Sequence record: JX128259
Source: Escherichia phage ECML-134
DNA: 64,000 nucleotides
Reading direction: 5' to 3' (one strand)
Shown in pieces: positions 58,401-64,000 of the stretch; positions within the stretch are counted from its first letter, which is position 1; the number at the start of each line of letters is the position of its first letter. The position numbers and the translations under genes were made by a program. The notes beneath the pieces were generated by a model, which was given only the letters and a program-made list of their open reading frames with translations, had not been told where the DNA came from and did not search any database.

Positions 58401-58938
58401 TTACTATTTCCAAAAGTTTATTATTTTTAAGGTAATTAGCCTTTTCTAGGACTTCAGAAGCATATTTAGAACCAGCTTTAACATTCCATCCCGAATTATA
58501 AGAGGATATTGCTTTTCTTATATCGCCCTTATGTATATTTAACCAATAAGAAAGTTCAATGTACGCCCAGGAAGCTGAATTGGATCGTTTATTCAACATT
58601 CTTTTTATTTCAGCATCGGTCATATTATAACCAAGTTCCTTAACTCTTGCTCGCATAGTAGGCAAATAATTTTGGAACATTCCGTAGGCGTGATGCTTTG
58701 GTTTAGATTTTAAATTAACTCCGCCAGAGCTTTCTTGCCATAAAATAGCAGCCATTATATGACCTAATCCGCTCTTGTGGATATTTTTGTGTGTTTTATA
58801 TTTTCCATCCTTAGAAAATTGTTCCCCGAATTGATACGCGTAACGCATGTTATCGAGTTGGACATTACTGAAAGTATGCTCGGAGCTATGTGCCATCATT
58901 GAAATGGCCAATAGACCAGCGAGTAGTGCTTTTCTCAT
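58393..58938 (-). CDS. periplasmic lytic transglycosylase-like protein
   Basis: 181-aa ORF; signal peptide; AILWQESSGGVN resembles the catalytic ES motif of lytic transglycosylases. Confidence 0.55.
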   Translation of the reverse strand: MRKALLAGLLAISMMAHSSEHTFSNVQLDNMRYAYQFGEQFSKDGKYKTHKNIHKSGLGHIMAAILWQESSGGVNLKSKPKHHAYGMFQNYLPTMRARVKELGYNMTDAEIKRMLNKRSNSASWAYIELSYWLNIHKGDIRKAISSYNSGWNVKAGSKYASEVLEKANYLKNNKLLEIVND

Positions 58939-58945
58939 GCTTACC

Positions 58946-59407
58946 TCATTGAGTTTTAATTACTGCTTTAGAAGCCTTTCCTGGTAAACGACGACTGTTA
59001 ATAATTGCCATCCTACATTGGAGTGACGGGTCTTTGAACTTCTCATTAGGTTTACAAACTGTAAATCCAAGCCAAAGATTTCCATCTGTGATTTCTAAAC
59101 GTCCAGGACGATATTCAATCCCATCAATAAAATCCTCATCGATATCAGGACGCGGAGGCATACTCAGGAATTCATTAACTTCTAAAACATGGTCTTTTAT
59201 TTTATGGAATAATTCAAAAACATATGTCTCATCAATCTCCCGTTGAATTGCGCGATCAAGAAGATGCTGAGAATATTTTAGATGAAACGATGAGACTCCT
59301 GCTGCTTTTGATGCCTCACGAATCTCATTGTTAATTTGACGAAACTCCGACTCAAAGTGACGACGAAGCTTATTTCGACGGATAAAAACTTCTGTATTGA
59401 TAGTCAT
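58946..59407 (-). CDS. regB: RegB site-specific RNA endonuclease
   Basis: 153-aa ORF, T4 RegB length; sequence recalled as similar. Confidence 0.75.
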   Translation of the reverse strand: MTINTEVFIRRNKLRRHFESEFRQINNEIREASKAAGVSSFHLKYSQHLLDRAIQREIDETYVFELFHKIKDHVLEVNEFLSMPPRPDIDEDFIDGIEYRPGRLEITDGNLWLGFTVCKPNEKFKDPSLQCRMAIINSRRLPGKASKAVIKTQ

Positions 59408-59434
59408 GTTATTCTCCTCTTAACTGATAGAAAA

Positions 59435-59464
59435 ATTATACCACAGTTAAGAGGAAAAGTAAAC
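59435..59464 (-). promoter_or_regulatory. early sigma70-type promoter
   Basis: gtaaac at 59459-59464; -10 TATAAT; 18 bp spacer. Confidence 0.55.
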
Positions 59465-59466
59465 AG

Positions 59467-59787
59467 TTATTCTTTAAATCTAATCAATTTATTCATAGAC
59501 TTTGAAACTTCTGCACGAACCTCATGTAGATTTTTGAGCTGTTCAAGACGCTGCGTATAGTAAGCAATTTCATCTTCTTCGAGACAGTCCTGTGAATCTT
59601 CTTTAAGATAACGTGCATAGTCCTGGAAAGCGTTACGGACTACTTCCTGGAAGTCATCAAGACTTTGAATTTTCTTAGGAGCAACAGATACACGACGAGG
59701 GGCAGTATAATACTCATAACCAAACCCTGCGCTTAATTGAGCCATTAGTATTTTTCCTCTGGTTGGAACACTGCACGACAAGCCCAC
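59467..59787 (-). CDS. hypothetical protein
   Basis: 106-aa ORF. Confidence 0.55.
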   Translation of the reverse strand: MGLSCSVPTRGKILMAQLSAGFGYEYYTAPRRVSVAPKKIQSLDDFQEVVRNAFQDYARYLKEDSQDCLEEDEIAYYTQRLEQLKNLHEVRAEVSKSMNKLIRFKE

Positions 59788-60047
59788 ATACTGGCTTCTT
59801 TGAGTTTCGTTTTAGCAATAGTTAACTGATCGAGGCTTTCAGCATAATTCTTCGCGAATTCACAGTCTTCACAATTATCTAGTGCTTCCCAGAATTCATC
59901 GTATAAAGCGTCAAAGATAAGTCCTAAACGAATTTCAGCGTCTTTGATAGCATTCACTTTACCGATTTTCTCTTCAGTATGCGGCTTATAACCTTTAATG
60001 TCTTCAATCATATTTGACTTCCTCACCAGTACATAAATCATATTCAA
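59745..60047 (-). CDS. hypothetical protein
   Basis: 100-aa ORF. Confidence 0.55.
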   Translation of the reverse strand: MNMIYVLVRKSNMIEDIKGYKPHTEEKIGKVNAIKDAEIRLGLIFDALYDEFWEALDNCEDCEFAKNYAESLDQLTIAKTKLKEASMWACRAVFQPEEKY

Positions 60048-60225
60048 CTAAACGAATAGGTTCATGAATGCCATATCCCTGAACAGAAATTTCTGTCGTA
60101 GGATAAATTCCATCAATATCGCCCATATTCCACGCTTCATTAAATTGCTGTTCGCCTGAATTACTAAACCACTCGGCGAAAGCATTTAGCACATCTTCAG
60201 AACCTTCAATAATTATCTTTGCCAT
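60004..60225 (-). CDS. small acidic protein
   Basis: 73-aa ORF. Confidence 0.5.
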   Translation of the reverse strand: MAKIIIEGSEDVLNAFAEWFSNSGEQQFNEAWNMGDIDGIYPTTEISVQGYGIHEPIRLVEYDLCTGEEVKYD

Positions 60226-60587
60226 TACAAACTCTCGGTAAAGGTACGAGCGATAACGTCGCGCTGCTGTTCCGGAGTCAGAGAGTTAAAGCGAACTGCA
60301 TAACCGGATACACGGATGGTCAGCTGCGGATATTTTTCCGGATGCTTAACTGCATCTTCCAGAGTTTCACGACGCAGAACGTTAACGTTCAGGTGTTGAC
60401 CACCTTCAATTTTAACTGTAGGCTGTGGCTCAATTTCAATTTCACGGGCATGCAAACCATAGAAAATTTCTGGGTCTACAAAAGAGTCCTCTTTAAAGGT
60501 TTTAGAGACAATAATTCGTGCTTGAATACCATCTTCAAAATAAATAGTACCTTTATGTGTGCCTTCAAGAATTTGATATGCTTTCAT
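60225..60587 (-). CDS. autonomous glycyl radical cofactor, GrcA/YfiD-like
   Basis: 120-aa ORF ending [32 protein letters not shown]; glycyl radical motif RVSGY; 3' half visibly more GC-rich than surroundings. Confidence 0.8.
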   Translation of the reverse strand: MKAYQILEGTHKGTIYFEDGIQARIIVSKTFKEDSFVDPEIFYGLHAREIEIEPQPTVKIEGGQHLNVNVLRRETLEDAVKHPEKYPQLTIRVSGYAVRFNSLTPEQQRDVIARTFTESL

Positions 60588-60594
60588 ATAAACC

Positions 60595-60921
60595 TCAATT
60601 AGAAAATAAATTTATCCAAGATTGTTCTTTAATTAAAAACGGCTCAGAATCATATGCCATTAAACTTTGCGTAATTAATCCTTTAAAAGGTCCATCAATA
60701 AATTCCATGGTAAAATATGGAATTTTATTCATTAGCCGTGCATTAGGAGCAGTGCACAAAACTCTGCATCCTTTGAATACGCCTTTTTGTAATTTGTATT
60801 GCTTAGGATAAAATTCGCTCAAAATGTTATTGTTTGCTAAAATTTCAAAATGATTCACCAATTTATTTTTAATAGTTTTTGGCGAAAAATAAAGATATTC
60901 GAAAAGCTGAGTGTCTGTCAT
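60595..60921 (-). CDS. hypothetical protein
   Basis: ORF track gives 60595-60972; start set to Met-Met pair overlapping the upstream stop (TGATG). Confidence 0.5.
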   Translation of the reverse strand: MTDTQLFEYLYFSPKTIKNKLVNHFEILANNNILSEFYPKQYKLQKGVFKGCRVLCTAPNARLMNKIPYFTMEFIDGPFKGLITQSLMAYDSEPFLIKEQSWINLFSN

Positions 60922-61460
60922 CATTGCATTCCGATTACGAAAAACTGCGGACGAGTAATACCACCAATGCAACAGTTAATATTACAGCAGTGGTGTACAG
61001 TGTCAATATGGACACTATAAATCTTATCCATATCAGGAGATTTGACAGGCTCATCAATTATATACAAAATTCGCGAAAGCGATAAACCTCTGAACTTGCT
61101 TCCTTTATTACCAATAAAACTGCGTACAGAATCAGTAAATAAACGAAAACGTATATCATCATTAGAATAACGCGAAAATTCCTTTTTAATGTTATTTGCA
61201 GAAATTTTAGCGTAAGCTGAAGTATTAGAAAGAACAATAACTGTTCCACCGTCATACAACCAATTAGCGGCAAAATTAGTTACTGCAGTTGATTTACCGG
61301 ATTGACGTCCACCATCTAGTCGAAGTGTGCAATACTGCTTAAGTAAGTCTTCAAATGGCGGGATATATTCGTTTTTACAAATTTCTTCTACTCTAGCGTC
61401 AGAATGGTGTGTAAAAGCATTCATCAGGGATAGATAAGGACCAGTTAAAAATGTTCTCAT
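60921..61460 (-). CDS. P-loop ATPase at the position where T4 carries denV
   Basis: ORF track gives 60921-61508; start moved to Met 17 because the first 16 codons overlap the 34 nt intergenic repeat; Walker A GGRQSGKST, Walker B ILYIIDEP. Confidence 0.55.
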   Translation of the reverse strand: MRTFLTGPYLSLMNAFTHHSDARVEEICKNEYIPPFEDLLKQYCTLRLDGGRQSGKSTAVTNFAANWLYDGGTVIVLSNTSAYAKISANNIKKEFSRYSNDDIRFRLFTDSVRSFIGNKGSKFRGLSLSRILYIIDEPVKSPDMDKIYSVHIDTVHHCCNINCCIGGITRPQFFVIGMQ

Positions 61461-61494
61461 TTTATTCTCTCTAAATTTGGGCCATTCCATGGCG

Positions 61495-61528
61495 CATGAA
61501 TTGTCCATTTCTGTATTTACCCATTACC
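61495..61528. repeat. 34 nt intergenic repeat, copy A
   Basis: catgaattgtccatttctgtatttacccattacc; one mismatch to copy at 62143-62176. Confidence 0.7.
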
Positions 61529-61613
61529 GCACTTGGGCTCGACCTTATTACAGGTTGGCGGGAATCCCTCACAGAATCATGAGGTCCAGCTTGTTCCCAT
61601 ATTTCTTATTTGC

Positions 61614-62087
61614 TTATTTGAATGATTTAACGTACTGAATAGAGCCTTTACTATTCACGAAAGCGATTTTACCATTTTTATTATACATGGTAGCAGTACG
61701 CTGATAGCCATAAGTTTGCTTACCAGATTGATAACCAACTAATGCAAAATTATCTTCACCCATTTTATTCTGTTTAGCACGAATACGTTCATGACCATGT
61801 GCCATAAGAACTTTAGCATCACCAGTTGCAATGGATCTACGAGTTTTTTCATCTTCAACTGTATTAACAAAATCGTCAAATGAATCAAATTTAGCATGTG
61901 ATTTATTATACAGTTTTCCATCTACTGCATAATTATATCCTTGTACATCCATCTCAACTTCTGTACCATCATCTAATACAGCAGTAATTTTCTGTCCTTT
62001 TTTAAATTTCAAAAGATCAGTAAAAGATTCAGCAATAATTTGAGAATTAATAGCTGCTTCAGTAATAAATTCTTGATATGTTTTCAT
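61614..62087 (-). CDS. internal head protein, IPII-like
   Basis: 157-aa ORF beginning MKTYQEFITEA, the capsid targeting sequence of T4 internal proteins; body differs in length from recalled T4 IPII. Confidence 0.6.
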   Translation of the reverse strand: MKTYQEFITEAAINSQIIAESFTDLLKFKKGQKITAVLDDGTEVEMDVQGYNYAVDGKLYNKSHAKFDSFDDFVNTVEDEKTRRSIATGDAKVLMAHGHERIRAKQNKMGEDNFALVGYQSGKQTYGYQRTATMYNKNGKIAFVNSKGSIQYVKSFK

Positions 62088-62128
62088 GTATATCCTTTAA
62101 ATGTAAATAGTGTTATTATTTAAGTTTT

Positions 62129-62176
62129 GGACAATTCACACACATGAATTGTCCATTTCTATATTTACCCATTACC
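62129..62176. repeat. 34 nt intergenic repeat copy B with 10 bp perfect inverted repeat
   Basis: ggacaattca-cacaca-tgaattgtcc (62129-62154) overlapping repeat 62143-62176. Confidence 0.7.
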
Positions 62177-62195
62177 AGGTTCGAACTCGGCTTTA

Positions 62196-62777
62196 TTAAG
62201 AATTACCGCGGGCTGCATTAGCAACAGCGTAAGCGTACTGAACATTAGCGTCTTTAAACGTACCTTTAGAGGTATCTAGTTCTGCCTTAAAGCCGCCTTT
62301 AGTCATAACCTCGGCGAATTCTTTACGGAAAGCCATTGCATCAAGGCTTCTCCATGACGATTTGTGCTTGGCGAATTCAAGACCAGCGTAGTTGACAGCC
62401 TTAGCTAATTTATTATCAATAACCCATTTACCAGCTTTAGGCACAAACACCGGGCCTTTCTGTTTAGAGAATAGTTTTAAATTCCAGCGACGAAGGTCAC
62501 CGTCAGCTTTAACAAAAGCTGCGTCCAAGTTACTAGCAACAACATCTTGAATATGGCCAAATTTAAGCCCATCAACTTCAATATTTAAATCTGTACGCCA
62601 GCGAAGTCCTTCCCAAGCGAAAGCTTTAAAGTCAGAAGCTTTTGTAGCTAAGTATCGTTCAATAGGGGCTGTTTTAGGGTCAAAGCCGTTTCCCGATCGG
62701 TAGGTCCACTCATCTTTATTAATGCCTTTGGCCTTTTCCACAGAAGCTTCAGCGATAAATTCTTTATACGTTTTCAT
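62196..62777 (-). CDS. ipIII: internal head protein IPIII
   Basis: 193-aa ORF beginning MKTYKEFIAEA; T4 IPIII length. Confidence 0.7.
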   Translation of the reverse strand: MKTYKEFIAEASVEKAKGINKDEWTYRSGNGFDPKTAPIERYLATKASDFKAFAWEGLRWRTDLNIEVDGLKFGHIQDVVASNLDAAFVKADGDLRRWNLKLFSKQKGPVFVPKAGKWVIDNKLAKAVNYAGLEFAKHKSSWRSLDAMAFRKEFAEVMTKGGFKAELDTSKGTFKDANVQYAYAVANAARGNS

Positions 62778-62814
62778 GTGTTTCCTTTAAATATTTTAAT
62801 TAGTAACTGTGAAT

Positions 62815-62844
62815 ATACTATCACAGTTTTAGGAGAAAGTAAAC
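62815..62844 (-). promoter_or_regulatory. early sigma70-type promoter
   Basis: gtaaac at 62839-62844; -10 TAGTAT. Confidence 0.5.
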
Positions 62845-62848
62845 AACT

Positions 62849-63379
<531 letters not shown>

Positions 63380-63835
63380 TTAAAAGAGGCTGTTCATTAT
63401 TCGGTAAAGTGAAGGACCCATCACATATTGCCACTGAGTACGAGGAATAAGAGCAAAAGCGTCCATCTCTGGAATCATAACGCCATCTTTATTTTCAAAA
63501 TAAGACTTGCAGCGGCAATTTCTAAACATCTCATGCTCTACTGGAATCGTATAATAAAATAACTGTAGGTCTTTATTACTAGAATATTTAAATACACCTA
63601 GGTCTTCTAGAAGGTCTGGATTATAATTGCTAAAACCAGTCTCTTCTAAACATTCTCTTCGTGCTGCATCTAATGCGCTTAAATCAGAATTTTCTACACG
63701 ACCTTTTGGAATATCCCAACGATGTGCCATCGTTCCAGGCTTACGAGAACCAGTAACCCGACCCATAAATAAATCTTTATCTTCTGTCATAAAGATAATA
63801 CCAGCTGATAGTGTTTTCATTTTAATTTCCTGCAT
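63380..63835 (-). CDS. nudE: Nudix hydrolase
   Basis: 151-aa ORF; Nudix box GRVENSDLSALDAARRECLEETG; true start may be Met 6 at 63820 (ATGA overlap with upstream stop). Confidence 0.75.
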   Translation of the reverse strand: MQEIKMKTLSAGIIFMTEDKDLFMGRVTGSRKPGTMAHRWDIPKGRVENSDLSALDAARRECLEETGFSNYNPDLLEDLGVFKYSSNKDLQLFYYTIPVEHEMFRNCRCKSYFENKDGVMIPEMDAFALIPRTQWQYVMGPSLYRIMNSLF

Positions 63836-64000
63836 TCAGTGATAAAGTTATTTAAATTTTGAGCATATTTCTTTTCATCAAAAATCTTTTGCTGTCTGCG
63901 TAAACGCCATGGCATTTCAATGAACATGCGCCATATTCCTGATAATACTGCTGCTGTAAAAATATTAACAAGTATAGTTAAAAGAACCCAATCTCCTATT
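63820..64000 (-). CDS. partial ORF, C-terminal end of a hydrophobic protein continuing past the window
   Basis: open frame read by hand from 64000 down to stop at 63817-63819. Confidence 0.45.

Noticed and set aside
60240-60430. GC-rich stretch as host DNA contamination or misassembly
   Set aside because: It is the in-frame 3' half of an ORF with normal phage flanks and translational coupling to neighbours
1990-60602. Plus-strand ORFs of 60-138 aa inside minus-strand genes (e.g. 1990-2238, 2980-3189, 3244-3483, 3811-4101, 4208-4618, 25647-25934, 29321-29737, 31733-32116, 60219-60602)
   Set aside because: Each lies antisense within a confidently identified gene and has no ribosome-binding site or promoter; typical of AT-rich sequence
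13943-61921. Minus-strand ORFs in alternative frames inside larger genes (13943-14155, 15535-15771, 22085-22288, 24359-24544, 25565-25756, 31887-32150, 34849-35070, 52066-52260, 57173-57358, 61058-61273, 61739-61921)
   Set aside because: Fully nested in a longer ORF with clear identity or better context

Overview
AT-rich, gene-dense segment of a T4-like (T-even type) myovirus genome, collinear with the T4 map from rIIA through the lysozyme gene e. Almost every gene is on the minus strand, in tightly packed and often translationally coupled operons. These are punctuated by sigma70-type early promoters (GTTTAC -35, 18 bp spacer, TATAAT-like -10) and by GC stem-loops that mostly form UUCG tetraloops on the transcript. 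Recognisable genes in transcript order include e, internal proteins, regB, vs, tk, rI, nrdC, pin, 49, nrdD/nrdG/nrdH, 55, alpha-gt, 47, 46, rpbA, 45, 44, 62, regA, 43, imm, 42, uvsX, 40, 41, dmd, sp, 61, 56, soc, modB, modA, srd, dda, dexA, motB-like, topoisomerase 39 and rIIA. The phage is not T4 itself: gene 39 is fused in-frame with gene 60, nrdD has no intron, the glycosyltransferase at the beta-gt position is not T4 beta-gt, and the lysozyme differs from T4 at a few residues. The most interesting content is accessory: a block of paralogous ORFs sharing a C-terminal coiled coil, a nucleotidyltransferase-fold ORF with a membrane partner, a macro-like ORF, a free-standing HNH endonuclease with a duplicated gene start, a GrcA-like ORF with host-like GC content, and a small ORF near gene 61 carrying an internal-protein-like capsid targeting N-terminus. 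No tRNA, rRNA, CRISPR array or intron was found. All calls rest on reading the ORF translations, motifs and recalled T4 proteins; no database search or alignment was run.
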